Source of the DNA: an uncultured Ignavibacterium sp.
Lineage (GTDB): Bacteria > Bacteroidota > Ignavibacteria > Tepidaquicellales > Tepidaquicellaceae
Direction of reading: 5' to 3'
NCBI GenBank assembly: GCA_964484125.1
Contig: CAZAEK010000008.1
Location: 24,868 to 88,867 of the forward strand
DNA length: 64,000 nucleotides
The notes under the pieces were generated by a model. The model was not told the DNA's origin and ran no database searches. It saw only the letters and a program-made list of their open reading frames with translations. The first letter of the stretch is position 1. Every line of letters starts with the position of its first letter. Positions 46,532 through 57,081 of this stretch are shown piece after piece. The position numbers and the translations under genes are program-made.

Positions 46532-47917
46532 TTATACCGGCAAGGTTATTTTAAATGTAGTTCCGGGGTTATCTTCGTCTCCTATCTTTGAGGGGCTTTC
46601 AAAATATATCTCTCCATTATGTTGTTCTATAATCTGCTTTACTATGTTTAATCCCATACCAGTTCCTTCGAATCCCTTGCTTTTTGCATTAGATGCTCTG
46701 AAAAAATCCGTAAATATTCTGGCGCGGTCTTTTTCCGGTATTCCTATTCCGTTATCCGATATAGTTATAGTTAATCTGTCCTTTTCCTTTTTATTTATGG
46801 CTATTTCAACTTTCCCGCCTTTATTTGTGTATTTCAGTGCATTACCAATTAAATTCGAAAAAGCAAGTTCAAGTAAAGAAAAATCTGCATTAATTACATC
46901 ATTATCAGGAGTTTCTTCTATTAGCTTTAGTTCTATTTTTTTTGATTCGGCGGTTGAAGATTTCTGGTTTACAATTTTATTAAGTAATTCTTTAATATTT
47001 ACAGGGGATTTTGATATCTTATTCAAAAGCTTTAACTTTGAAATATTAAGCACATCATTTATAATCTGAACGGCTTCTTCTGTTCTGGCTCTTGCACGCT
47101 TAAGCTTTGATTCAACAGGTTCAGATATCGGACCTGCATATTTTCCCAGAACGAGGTCTATATATGATTGTACTGCCACAATAGGGGATTTAATTTCGTG
47201 TACGATACCCATTGTATATTTTTGTTTGATTTTTTCTGCTTCACTCAGATTATCTAAAGCAATACGCAATTCCTGCTCTCGCTTATACAGACCTGTTGCA
47301 AGTGAATCTGCGAAATAAATTCCCAAATACAACATTATAACCAAAGAAATAATCGTCAGAAACAAAAATCCCAATTCACTATGAGTTCCCGGATGTATAA
47401 ATCCCTGTATGTCGAAATGAGGTATCACAGAAAAATATTCAAGTATATTACTAGCAATGAATATTATATTTACAATTGTGCATATTGTATATACTATCCA
47501 GCCGGGCAGAATCATACTTCCGATAATCATATGAAAAATAAAGAAAACAATAAATGGACTTTCAACATTTCCGGTCAAATAGGTTATCATTAGTAGAGAA
47601 CTCAGGTCGAAAATAATTTGTAATAAGGAAATATGAAGATGATTAAATTTTTCAGGTGATTCTTTTACGAGTTCTGTTTCTGATATGTATTTAAACAATA
47701 AATTATATACCAGTATTGACAGGGAAACTAATATTAAAGCAATAAACTGATTATCAGTTAATCCAAGCCCGGGTATGAATTTTAGTGCAACTGCCAACAA
47801 TAAAGATGAAGTACCAGCAATAAACCTTAACTTTACAAACCATTTGTTCCTACTCTTTATTGTGAACCATAATTGCTCTAAGTTATAAGTGCTTGAAGGT
47901 ATTAAATTTATCATCAA
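46532..47917 (-). CDS. Membrane sensor histidine kinase
   Basis: There are about 6 N-terminal TM segments. The H box is HEIKSPI, with GNALKYT, DNGIGIP and GTGMGL boxes. Confidence 0.85.
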   Translation of the reverse strand: MMINLIPSSTYNLEQLWFTIKSRNKWFVKLRFIAGTSSLLLAVALKFIPGLGLTDNQFIALILVSLSILVYNLLFKYISETELVKESPEKFNHLHISLLQIIFDLSSLLMITYLTGNVESPFIVFFIFHMIIGSMILPGWIVYTICTIVNIIFIASNILEYFSVIPHFDIQGFIHPGTHSELGFLFLTIISLVIMLYLGIYFADSLATGLYKREQELRIALDNLSEAEKIKQKYTMGIVHEIKSPIVAVQSYIDLVLGKYAGPISEPVESKLKRARARTEEAVQIINDVLNISKLKLLNKISKSPVNIKELLNKIVNQKSSTAESKKIELKLIEETPDNDVINADFSLLELAFSNLIGNALKYTNKGGKVEIAINKKEKDRLTITISDNGIGIPEKDRARIFTDFFRASNAKSKGFEGTGMGLNIVKQIIEQHNGEIYFESPSKIGDEDNPGTTFKITLPV

Positions 47918-48008
47918 TAATCATTTTGTATATGCAAATTAATTATTAATTGATGTTATTTGAAATACAAAAATTAATACTTATATTACATATTAAGTAT
48001 TTCAGGAA

Positions 48009-49109
48009 ATGAAAATAATAAGACTTTTTATAATAATTTTATTAACTTCAGGATTTTATTGCGGGGATAAGGAAAAAAGTAATATCAGCGCAGATACTGT
48101 TAGTGTAGTTAATCAGGTAAAGGATACCGTTTCAGAGTATATTTCTGTTATCGGAGTTGGTGATATTATGCTCGGCTCAAATTATCCTACATCCTCTTCG
48201 CTTCCTCCAAATGACGGGGAAACTATTCTTGATGATGTTAAAAATATTCTTTCAGATGCAGATATTACAACCGGTAATCTGGAAGGATGCTTTCTTGACA
48301 AAGGCGGAACACCAAAAGATTGCGGGGGAACAGGAGAAAATTGTCATTCATTTCGTATGCCGACTCACTATGCGGGATATCTGAAAAATGCAGGTTTCGA
48401 TTATATGTCAGTTGCAAATAATCACAGCGGTGATATGGGTAAAACAGGAAGGGAATCAACATACAATACATTGAAAGAATATGGAATTGCATTTTCAGGT
48501 ACTGATGATTATCCACATACCATAATTGAGTCTAAAGGAAAGAAAATCGGAATTGCAGGATTTGCCCCTAACAGAGGATGTATTGATCTGCGGAAAATTA
48601 ATGAAGCAAAAGAAATAATTTCTGAACTTAAATCGAAAACAGATATTGTAATAGTATGGTTTCACGGCGGTGCAGAGGGTTCGGGAGCACAGCATATAAC
48701 AAAAAAGCCGGAAACATATATGAATGAAAATCGTGGTAATGTTTATGAGTTTGCTCATTCTGTAATTGATGCCGGTGCTGATCTGGTATTCGGCTCTGGT
48801 CCACACGTAACAAGAGCTGTAGAGCTGTATAAAGGAAAATTTATTGCATATAGTCTTGGAAATTTTTGTACTTACGGAAAATTCGGCTTAAGCGGGCAAC
48901 TTGGTATAGCTCCTGTAATCAAAGTATATATCAACAATAAAGGCGAATTTGTGAAAGCAGAAGTAACATCTGTCAAACAAATTAACCGGGGATTTCCGGT
49001 TATTGACGAAACAGGAAAAGCTTTTTCAACATTAAAAAAGTTAACAGAAACAGATTTCCCTGAAACAGGATTGACATTCGAAGAAAATGCAATAAAAAAT
49101 AGATATTAA
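48009..49109 (+). CDS. CapA/PGA_cap-family metallophosphatase-like lipoprotein
   Basis: Lipobox SGFYC. Motifs GVGDIMLG, NLEG, ANNHSGD and WFHGGAEG are typical of CapA. Confidence 0.7.
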   Translation: MKIIRLFIIILLTSGFYCGDKEKSNISADTVSVVNQVKDTVSEYISVIGVGDIMLGSNYPTSSSLPPNDGETILDDVKNILSDADITTGNLEGCFLDKGGTPKDCGGTGENCHSFRMPTHYAGYLKNAGFDYMSVANNHSGDMGKTGRESTYNTLKEYGIAFSGTDDYPHTIIESKGKKIGIAGFAPNRGCIDLRKINEAKEIISELKSKTDIVIVWFHGGAEGSGAQHITKKPETYMNENRGNVYEFAHSVIDAGADLVFGSGPHVTRAVELYKGKFIAYSLGNFCTYGKFGLSGQLGIAPVIKVYINNKGEFVKAEVTSVKQINRGFPVIDETGKAFSTLKKLTETDFPETGLTFEENAIKNRY

Positions 49110-49222
49110 AAAAATTAATAACTGATTATATTAGTTAATTATTTATTGAACTTATCAGCGCTTAAATTACTTTAATATTTATTTTGTCTGAAAAAACTTA
49201 ATTAAACCCTTTTAATTTTAAC

Positions 49223-51721
49223 ATGAGGGAGAAAGATCAGAAATACAGTTATTTTCTTGAGCATAGTTATGAAGGAATAACTTACATAGAATTTGAAAAC
49301 AGTATTGATATTTCACTTCCTGTTTCAGAGCAGATAAAACAGATTTACAGAGAAGGATTTATTTCATCATGCAACCCTTCATTTATGAAAATGTATGGAT
49401 TTACCTCCAACTCAGAAATATTAGGCAAAAGACTTATAGAACTCCATGGTGGGGATAACGTTAAAGAAAATGTTGAAGCATTTAAAAATTTTATAGAAAG
49501 TGATTATAATGTTCTTAACGTTGAAACACTTGAAGTTGATAAGAACGGAAACAAGCTCTATTTTCTGAATAATTCTGTTGGAGTAATTAAGAATAACAGA
49601 TTGCTTGGTATATGGAGTGCACAGATAGATATTACAAAAAGGAAGAAAGAGGAAATTCTCAGAGACGCGATATACAGGATATCACAGTCTGTTCACAGCA
49701 CTGAAAATCCGGAAGAATTATATGAACAGATTCATAAAATACTTGAAACAATTATTCCGGCAAAAAATATTTATATAGCAATCTATGACAGCAAAAAAGA
49801 TCTGATCAGATTTCCTTATTTTAAAGACGAATCAGGATTTATTATTACGGAGAAAAAACCGGGAAAAGGATTGACAGAATATGTAATTCAAACCGGGAAA
49901 CCTCTGCTTGCAACTCCTGAAATCTTTAATGAGCTTGTCAGATCAGGCAAGGTTGAACTAATCGGTGAGGACTCTATAGATTGGCTTGGTGTTCCGCTGA
50001 AAAAAGGTAAAAAAACATTCGGAGTTCTTGCAGTACAATCTTATGATAAAAATGTAAGATATAAAGAGGAAGATAAGGAAATGCTGACATTTGTTTCCGA
50101 GCAGATTGCATTTTCAATAGATAAAAAGCAAACGGAAGAAGCATTAATTCTCAGCGAGAGCAAGTACAGGAATTTTATAGAAAGAGGACTTGAAGGAGTA
50201 TATTATGTAGAATATAGGGAGCCGATAAATATAAAAAAAGATTTTGAAGAACAGGCAATTCTAATGTATAATACCGGAGTTTTGGTTGAGTGCAATGATT
50301 TTCATGCGAAAATGTACGGTTATAAAAAGAAAGAAGAAATAATAGGCAAAGAGCTTAAGGAGCAATACGGATATCAATTTAGTGAAGAAAACAGGAAGGC
50401 ATTTATAGAATTTGCAAAATCAGGATATCAAATTAAGAATCTTGAAACAAGGGAAGTTGATAAATATGGCAATGAAAAATATTTTATCAATAATGTAGTC
50501 GGAGTTATAGAAAACGGATATCTTGTAGGGAATTGGGGAACACAGTTGGATATTACCGAAAGGAAAAAGTTTGAAGCTGAATTAATAACTGCAAAAGAGA
50601 AAGCCGAGGAGATGAGCAAGGTAAAATCCAATTTTCTCTCAAACATGAGCCATGAATTGCGAACCCCACTTCATGGAATTATGGGCTTTGCACAGTTATT
50701 AAAAGAATCACTGGATGGTGAAAATGGTGAAATGGCTGATATTATATACAAAAGCGGTAAAAGGTTAATGGAAACTCTGAATCTGATTTTAAATTTTTCA
50801 AAAGCTGAAGCAGAAAAGATTATTATAAATAAGAAAAATATCAGCATTAAAAAGATTATTAACGAAGTATATAATCTTTTTGAAATTAATGCAAAAGATA
50901 AAGGTCTTAATTTTGAAAAAATAATTAAACCTGATGAAATAATTGCAAAAACAGATGAAAAACTTTTGCTTGATATTTTAAACAATATTGTAAATAATGC
51001 TATAAAATTTACTGAAAGAGGTTTTGTAAGAATTGAAGCATTTGCAAAAAACAATGATCTGGTAATAAAAGTCAGGGATACAGGGATTGGAATTTCAAAG
51101 CAGGGCAAAGATTTAATATTTGAGGAATTCAGACAGGAAAGTGAGGGTTTAAGCAGGAGCTTTGAAGGAACAGGGCTTGGGCTTACAATATCGAAAAAAT
51201 ATACAAAAATTCTCGGGGGCGAAATATCTCTTGAAAGTGAACTTGGGAAAGGTTCGACTTTTATTCTGACTTTCCCGGACTCGGTTTGTAAACTAAAACC
51301 CGAAAAAGTTATAACTCGTTATGAAATTGAATCAGAAAACGAAGAATGTAATAATCCAAGAATAAAAAAGATTTTAATTGTAGAAAATGATGTAATAAGT
51401 GTAGAACTGATTAAAGCAATTGTAAAAGATTCAGCAGAAATTGATTTTGCAACAGATGGGGTAAGGGCAATTGAAAAGGTGAAAGAATCGAAATACGATT
51501 TGATTTTTATGGATATTAATTTAGGCGAAGGATTAACAGGAGTAGAAGTAACTAAAAAAATAAGAAAACTTAAAGATTATAAAGATATACCAATAGTTGC
51601 AATTACTGCATTTGCGATGGATGGTGACAGAGAAGAATTTATAAATGCAGGATGTACTCATTATCTCTCAAAACCGTTTAAGAAATCTGAGTTTGTAAAA
51701 ATGTATAATGAAATATCTTAG
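49223..51721 (+). CDS. Hybrid sensor histidine kinase (PAS-like, GAF, PAS-like, HisKA, HATPase, REC)
   Basis: The H box is SHELRTPLH, with G boxes DTGIGIS and GTGLGL. The C-terminal REC has ILIVENDV, LIFMDINL and SKPF. Two paralogous PAS-like modules flank a GAF-like segment. Confidence 0.85.
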   Translation: MREKDQKYSYFLEHSYEGITYIEFENSIDISLPVSEQIKQIYREGFISSCNPSFMKMYGFTSNSEILGKRLIELHGGDNVKENVEAFKNFIESDYNVLNVETLEVDKNGNKLYFLNNSVGVIKNNRLLGIWSAQIDITKRKKEEILRDAIYRISQSVHSTENPEELYEQIHKILETIIPAKNIYIAIYDSKKDLIRFPYFKDESGFIITEKKPGKGLTEYVIQTGKPLLATPEIFNELVRSGKVELIGEDSIDWLGVPLKKGKKTFGVLAVQSYDKNVRYKEEDKEMLTFVSEQIAFSIDKKQTEEALILSESKYRNFIERGLEGVYYVEYREPINIKKDFEEQAILMYNTGVLVECNDFHAKMYGYKKKEEIIGKELKEQYGYQFSEENRKAFIEFAKSGYQIKNLETREVDKYGNEKYFINNVVGVIENGYLVGNWGTQLDITERKKFEAELITAKEKAEEMSKVKSNFLSNMSHELRTPLHGIMGFAQLLKESLDGENGEMADIIYKSGKRLMETLNLILNFSKAEAEKIIINKKNISIKKIINEVYNLFEINAKDKGLNFEKIIKPDEIIAKTDEKLLLDILNNIVNNAIKFTERGFVRIEAFAKNNDLVIKVRDTGIGISKQGKDLIFEEFRQESEGLSRSFEGTGLGLTISKKYTKILGGEISLESELGKGSTFILTFPDSVCKLKPEKVITRYEIESENEECNNPRIKKILIVENDVISVELIKAIVKDSAEIDFATDGVRAIEKVKESKYDLIFMDINLGEGLTGVEVTKKIRKLKDYKDIPIVAITAFAMDGDREEFINAGCTHYLSKPFKKSEFVKMYNEIS

Positions 51722-51753
51722 AAAAAATATTTCATTGCATTTATCAAATACAT

Positions 51754-52524
51754 TTAAAATACAAGACTTGTCAATACGCTATAAATCAGAAAAACCGAAA
51801 TTAAAATTATCATAACCGGCATAGTTTTTACCTTTCCTGCTTTCGCAATTCCTATTGAAATAACAATATAAAACCAGATATAAAACACATCAAGTTTTGT
51901 AAAGAAAGCAAATAGTTTAGCTCCGACAGAATCTTCATCGAAAAACAAAGCAGGGCTTACTCCGGATAATTTACCCAGTACAATTGCTAATACAGTACCG
52001 ATAATTACTCCAATTGCGATTATTACATTTCCAAGTCCAATCGCATTTAGAAGTCCCTGAAAGTTTGCATTACCTTTAAGAATTTTTAATATCAAAAGAG
52101 CGATTAAACTTAGAATCAGAAGAAGTAAAAACGGACCTATTACTGCCATTGCGTAACCGATAATTTGAAAGAATACACTTTTAGGGTTCATAAATTTTTC
52201 GGCAGATTCAATTGCTACGTTTGCATCTTCGCGGGTTATATCTCCCTTTTTTACCTTCTCTTCCATTTGCTCCCGCATTTGTTTTTTCTGTTTATCCATT
52301 ACCTGAGAAGTCAGCTCTTCATCTTGTATGAACAGGAATGTCCCAATTAAATTAGCTATAATTACTAACAGAACAGGAAATAACCAGTAATTTGTTTTAC
52401 TGAACCGACTTATGTTTTCATAAGTCCCTGATGGATCTGTAAGCACACCGGAAACTGCCTCAACCTTTGAAAGTTGTTCTGTTTCCGGCTGCGGCTCTGA
52501 ACTTGTGTTAAATGAATCCTGCAT
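51754..52524 (-). CDS. Yip1-domain membrane protein
   Basis: Five hydrophobic helices with an N-terminal GVLTDPSGTYENI, similar to Yip1-family bacterial proteins. Confidence 0.45.
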   Translation of the reverse strand: MQDSFNTSSEPQPETEQLSKVEAVSGVLTDPSGTYENISRFSKTNYWLFPVLLVIIANLIGTFLFIQDEELTSQVMDKQKKQMREQMEEKVKKGDITREDANVAIESAEKFMNPKSVFFQIIGYAMAVIGPFLLLLILSLIALLILKILKGNANFQGLLNAIGLGNVIIAIGVIIGTVLAIVLGKLSGVSPALFFDEDSVGAKLFAFFTKLDVFYIWFYIVISIGIAKAGKVKTMPVMIILISVFLIYSVLTSLVF

Positions 52525-52534
52525 AATAATTTTT

Positions 52535-53128
52535 TTAATTTCGTTTATATAAATTGTTTTTTTTAATATAGTCTTCTACTTCTGGAAGAATCTGATATTT
52601 AACTGATTTATTCTGATAAAGTAAATCTCTGATTTGTGTTGAAGAAATATCAATTGAAGGGACAGGAACATAAATAACACGTCTGACAAATTCATTTGTA
52701 ACTTTATCAATAAAATATCCGGGACGGTTAATTACTATTACTTCGCAAATCCCAAATAATTTTCCCGGTGTTTTCCATAAATGAAGGTCAATTAAGTTAT
52801 CCATTCCGATAATTAAAAATAATTTTACAAAGTCGTTTTTATATTTTTCACGGAGTTTTAAAAGAGTATCAATTGTATATGTCTTTTCTTCATTATTTAT
52901 GAGCTCAATATCAGATACCTCAAAATTTGGATCTCTTTCAAATGCAATTTTTGCCATGTTAAGTCTGTGCTCTGCTGAAACACTCACATCCTGCTTCAGC
53001 GGGGGATTCCCGGAAGGCACAAATATTACCTTATCAAGAGACATCTGTTCTCTGACGCTTTCGGCGTGAATAAGGTGAGCTATGTGCGGCGGATTGAAAG
53101 TTCCTCCGAAAATACCATATCGCTTCAT
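52535..53128 (-). CDS. nadD: Nicotinate-nucleotide adenylyltransferase
   Basis: Has the GGTFNPPHIAH motif and a C-terminal ISST-type motif (DISSTQIR). Confidence 0.85.
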   Translation of the reverse strand: MKRYGIFGGTFNPPHIAHLIHAESVREQMSLDKVIFVPSGNPPLKQDVSVSAEHRLNMAKIAFERDPNFEVSDIELINNEEKTYTIDTLLKLREKYKNDFVKLFLIIGMDNLIDLHLWKTPGKLFGICEVIVINRPGYFIDKVTNEFVRRVIYVPVPSIDISSTQIRDLLYQNKSVKYQILPEVEDYIKKNNLYKRN

Positions 53129-54219
53129 TTTGTATTATTAATTTTTTCTAAAATTTCCTTTAAACTGATAAAAACTTCTTCAACAGATATATTTTTCATA
53201 CATTCATGTGTACCTGTGTTGCATATAAATTCATTACCTTTATAATATGTTTTATTATTTCTGTCTATCGCTGTTTGCGGAGTGTAACAAGGACTGCATC
53301 CGGGCTGTTTCCATATATTTTTGTGTACTATTTCTTTTTTATAATTCAATGGTGCTACCAATCTCGGGTCAGAAGGACCGAATAGACCTATAGTATTAAT
53401 TCCGAAGGCGGCGGCTAAATGGAGTGCTCCTGTATCTGCAGAAATGAAAACATTACACGAATACATTAAATCGTTATCAATTATCGGATGAATTTTGATG
53501 TTGTCGTTTAATTTTATATCATTGTCAAATTTTTCGTCATCATGAGTACCCTCAAAAAGTATTATTGTATATTCAGGATATTCAGATAATATTATTTCGA
53601 TTAATTTAAAATAATTTTTTAAATCCCATCTCTTTATTTTCATTGTAGTACCCGGATTTATTCCACCAAAAGGGAAAATCCCAATAATCGCTGAATCAGC
53701 TTTTAAATCGTTTTTCGTTTTTACAGATTCAATGCTGCGTATTCTGTTTAATTTGGGTTCAGTCTCGGTTGTCTCAAGACCGTTTTCTTTGAGCACTTTT
53801 AAGTATCTTATTGTTTCGTGTACTGAATCATCGTATTCTGAATAATAATTTATAAATGAAGTATTCTTGAAACCAAGTCTGTAACGGATACCCGAAAGCA
53901 TTAATATAGTCCCAAAAGAAGAATCTCTATGGCATGATAGAGCGAGGTCGAATTTATCTTTTCTGATTAAACGGATTAATTTATAAGCAGATGAAATTTT
54001 ATCAATAAATCCACCTTTAAATGGCGGATCAAAAATGAGAAAATTATTTACATCAGGAATATATTTATAAATATTTTTAACCCATGAAGATGAGATAAGA
54101 GTAATTTTTGCCTCAGGGAAATTTTTTTTGAGATTTGCAATAGCCGGTAGAATAAAAACCATATCTCCGAGGCAACACAATTTTAAAACAAGTATTTTTT
54201 TTACGTTTTGAAAAATCAT
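53125..54219 (-). CDS. Glycosyltransferase family 9 (heptosyltransferase-like)
   Basis: ILVLKLCCLGDMVF...P is the GT9 N-terminal signature. The C-terminal motif is ISADTGALHLAAAFG. Confidence 0.7.
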   Translation of the reverse strand: MIFQNVKKILVLKLCCLGDMVFILPAIANLKKNFPEAKITLISSSWVKNIYKYIPDVNNFLIFDPPFKGGFIDKISSAYKLIRLIRKDKFDLALSCHRDSSFGTILMLSGIRYRLGFKNTSFINYYSEYDDSVHETIRYLKVLKENGLETTETEPKLNRIRSIESVKTKNDLKADSAIIGIFPFGGINPGTTMKIKRWDLKNYFKLIEIILSEYPEYTIILFEGTHDDEKFDNDIKLNDNIKIHPIIDNDLMYSCNVFISADTGALHLAAAFGINTIGLFGPSDPRLVAPLNYKKEIVHKNIWKQPGCSPCYTPQTAIDRNNKTYYKGNEFICNTGTHECMKNISVEEVFISLKEILEKINNTK

Positions 54220-55088
54220 TTTTTTAGTCCTGCAACAAGCAGTATTATTTTTAAATAAACCGTTTTAAAAGAAGTTAGGTAGCTGAATGAAAATTTCAAA
54301 AATAAATATAATCTTAACTTTAAAAGCTCAAATCCTGAGCGATGAATTTTATAATATAATAACTGAGATTGTTTTGAAAAATAATAATTTGAATTGATAA
54401 AATCATTGTTTGTATTTTCGCCTTTATGGTGAATTACCTTGAGAAAAGGATAATAATAATTTTTATTTCCTCCAAGAGATATTCTTTTGCATAGGTCAGA
54501 ATCTTCATAATACATAAAAAATCTTTCGTCAAATCCTTTAACTTTATTAAATACAAATCTTGATAAAAATAATGCCGCCCCGCTAACCCAGTCCACGGGA
54601 GTAATCTCAGAATATTGCATTTCAATTTTTTCAATAATATCACTGTTCCTGTCTTTGAAATATTTTTCAAGCTTTTTATTCCTGAATTCTCCTTTTATGT
54701 TAATTTCTTCTCCAAATGAAAGTTGTAGAGTTAAATCAGGATTAAGAATTTTAAATCCGAAACTTCCTGCATCTAACTGTTCATATATTTTAATTACGTT
54801 TTCAAAATCATCATTTACTATTGTAGTATCCGGATTAAGGAAAAGCAGATAATTCCCGTCTGAATTAACTGCTCCAAGATTACAGGCACTTGCAAATCCA
54901 CTGTTGGTGTTTTCATATATTTTCACATTATTCCTACCTGAAGAAATTTCGGAAATGTTTTCCTCCGGAGAGTTATTTATAACGATGACTTCAAAATTAC
55001 ATGATGATATCACATTATATAATGAGTTTATGCAATCTCTCAGATAGTTCAGACTATGGTAATTCACTATTATTACTGATAATGTCAT
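54216..55088 (-). CDS. Glycosyltransferase family 2
   Basis: Motifs LSVIIVNYHS, the NNSPE region, and LFLNPDT (DxD-like). Confidence 0.7.
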   Translation of the reverse strand: MTLSVIIVNYHSLNYLRDCINSLYNVISSCNFEVIVINNSPEENISEISSGRNNVKIYENTNSGFASACNLGAVNSDGNYLLFLNPDTTIVNDDFENVIKIYEQLDAGSFGFKILNPDLTLQLSFGEEINIKGEFRNKKLEKYFKDRNSDIIEKIEMQYSEITPVDWVSGAALFLSRFVFNKVKGFDERFFMYYEDSDLCKRISLGGNKNYYYPFLKVIHHKGENTNNDFINSNYYFSKQSQLLYYKIHRSGFELLKLRLYLFLKFSFSYLTSFKTVYLKIILLVAGLKK

Positions 55089-56128
55089 TTCCGGAATTCT
55101 ACAGTTCTCAGACCTGTTACTTTACAATAAAAAAACGAAATTTTATTAATAATATTTTCAAATCTGTTTTCACCATTAAAAATCTTACATGTAAGATATT
55201 TCAGAACATTATGATATTTTATTTTTATGAACGGCTTTATTTTTTTTCTCTCTTTCAATATAAAAACTGGATGTATAGAAAGCCATAAATGTGCTCGAAT
55301 AATTCCCAAAAGAGAATATTTCTTTTTAAAAAGAGATAGTAATATTTTTGATAATATATTAAAAATAAAATAAGGAATCAGCAAAATATGGAATGAAAAA
55401 GGAAAAAAAATCATAAAGTTAAGAATCCTGTTTCTTTCCTGATAATAATTAATAAAAGGCAATTTTGATTTCCTTGTAGTTGCACTTCCCTTATGATAAA
55501 CTATTGATTTTGCATTATGGTAGTTCTTAAATCCGCTAAAAAGACTGAAGAAGCTCAGGTATGTATCTTCTGAGTATAAAAAATACTCATCAGGAAATAT
55601 TTCTGCTTTATTTCCAAGAAGAGATTTTTTAAAAATCAGTGAAGCACCTCCTGCGAGGAAAATTTCTCCTTTGCCGTTTTCGTCTATTGGGAAAATTTCC
55701 ATAATATTATGCCCGAGGAAATTTACAGAACCATTTTTTTCGTAATATTTTTTTGGTATCCCATCTGTCAGCACAAGTGACTGAACAATCCCTGCATTTT
55801 CGAATGTTTCAATTCCTTTCACTAATTCCTCAAGCCAGTTTGGTTCGACTACTGTGTCGTTATTCAATAGTACTATATATTCACCGTCAGAATATTTGTA
55901 GCCGAGATTATTACCGCCTGTAAATCCGAGATTCTTTTCTGAGAATAAATATCTGAAATTATTTCTCGTTCCAAAAAGTAATTCTGTTATTTTCCCGCTG
56001 TTATCAGTGGAGCCGTTATCAACAAATATTACTTCAAAATCTTTGTAAGTCTGGTTAAAAACTGTTTTAAGACATGCTTCGTTAAATAATAATCCGTTAT
56101 AGTTTAATATTATAATTGAAACTTTCAT
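55085..56128 (-). CDS. Glycosyltransferase family 2 with C-terminal TM segments
   Basis: Motifs VSIIILNYNG, VDNGSTD and LLNNDT. Confidence 0.7.
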   Translation of the reverse strand: MKVSIIILNYNGLLFNEACLKTVFNQTYKDFEVIFVDNGSTDNSGKITELLFGTRNNFRYLFSEKNLGFTGGNNLGYKYSDGEYIVLLNNDTVVEPNWLEELVKGIETFENAGIVQSLVLTDGIPKKYYEKNGSVNFLGHNIMEIFPIDENGKGEIFLAGGASLIFKKSLLGNKAEIFPDEYFLYSEDTYLSFFSLFSGFKNYHNAKSIVYHKGSATTRKSKLPFINYYQERNRILNFMIFFPFSFHILLIPYFIFNILSKILLSLFKKKYSLLGIIRAHLWLSIHPVFILKERKKIKPFIKIKYHNVLKYLTCKIFNGENRFENIINKISFFYCKVTGLRTVEFRK

Positions 56129-57081
56129 TTGTAAAGCTTTAAAATACTCAATACCTCTTTGTCAGTAAGAAGCCTGTTTTTTTGAATTGTTTTTCTCTTA
56201 CTGAGACTTTTTCGAATTTCAGATAGTCCCATAAAATATCCGCCTAAAGCACTTGCAAACACAGCAAAAGAATTATTAATGAGCATTCTATAGTATCTTA
56301 AAAATCTTGCAATTATAAAAAATATTTCGAAACGAAGTAACAAAAAGAAAGGATAATTCTTTATTCGCAAAGCTATAAGATTTTTTTCGCAGTACTTAGT
56401 AGTCAGTCCTTTTGTTTTTGAAGATGTAGCTTCTCTTTTATGATAACAAATAGCTTTTGCATTATAATAACATTTAAATTTCATCAGCTGAAGCCGGAAT
56501 CCGATATCAACATCTTCGTAGTATGCAAAAAAATCCTCGTCGAACAAGCCAACTATTTCAAGTGCTTCTCTTCTATAGGCAGCCGCTCCTGCGCAAGCCG
56601 AAAATACAAATTCAGACTTATTAAATACTTCTGAATCTTTCATTTTATTTCCACGAGCTGTTGGTAAACCACGGCGGTTAAGAAAATCTCCTGCAGCATC
56701 TATCAGACTCCTGTCGTAATAGTTTAGCATTTTTGAGGCAACACTTCCTACATCATTACTGACAAAACCTTTTATCATCTCCTCAACAAAAAAATAATCA
56801 CACTCAACATCGTTATTTAATAAAATGAAATATTTTATTTGCTGACTTTTAAATCCTTCTTTGATGCCAATATTAACTGCTTTAGCAAAACCTGTATTAT
56901 TGGGCAATCTTATTAAATTTACATCTGGAAACTCTCTCTCAATAATTTCACAGGATTCGTCTGTTGAACCGTTATCAATAACAGTTATTCTGAAATTTTC
57001 TACCGATTGATTTTTCAATGATAAAAGGCAGTCTCTTATAAGGTCTTTTCCGTTATAATTCGGTATTATTATTTCTGTCAA
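56125..57081 (-). CDS. Glycosyltransferase family 2
   Basis: Motifs IIIPNYNG, IDNGSTD, LLNNDV and YYEDVD. Confidence 0.7.
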   Translation of the reverse strand: MTEIIIPNYNGKDLIRDCLLSLKNQSVENFRITVIDNGSTDESCEIIEREFPDVNLIRLPNNTGFAKAVNIGIKEGFKSQQIKYFILLNNDVECDYFFVEEMIKGFVSNDVGSVASKMLNYYDRSLIDAAGDFLNRRGLPTARGNKMKDSEVFNKSEFVFSACAGAAAYRREALEIVGLFDEDFFAYYEDVDIGFRLQLMKFKCYYNAKAICYHKREATSSKTKGLTTKYCEKNLIALRIKNYPFFLLLRFEIFFIIARFLRYYRMLINNSFAVFASALGGYFMGLSEIRKSLSKRKTIQKNRLLTDKEVLSILKLYK

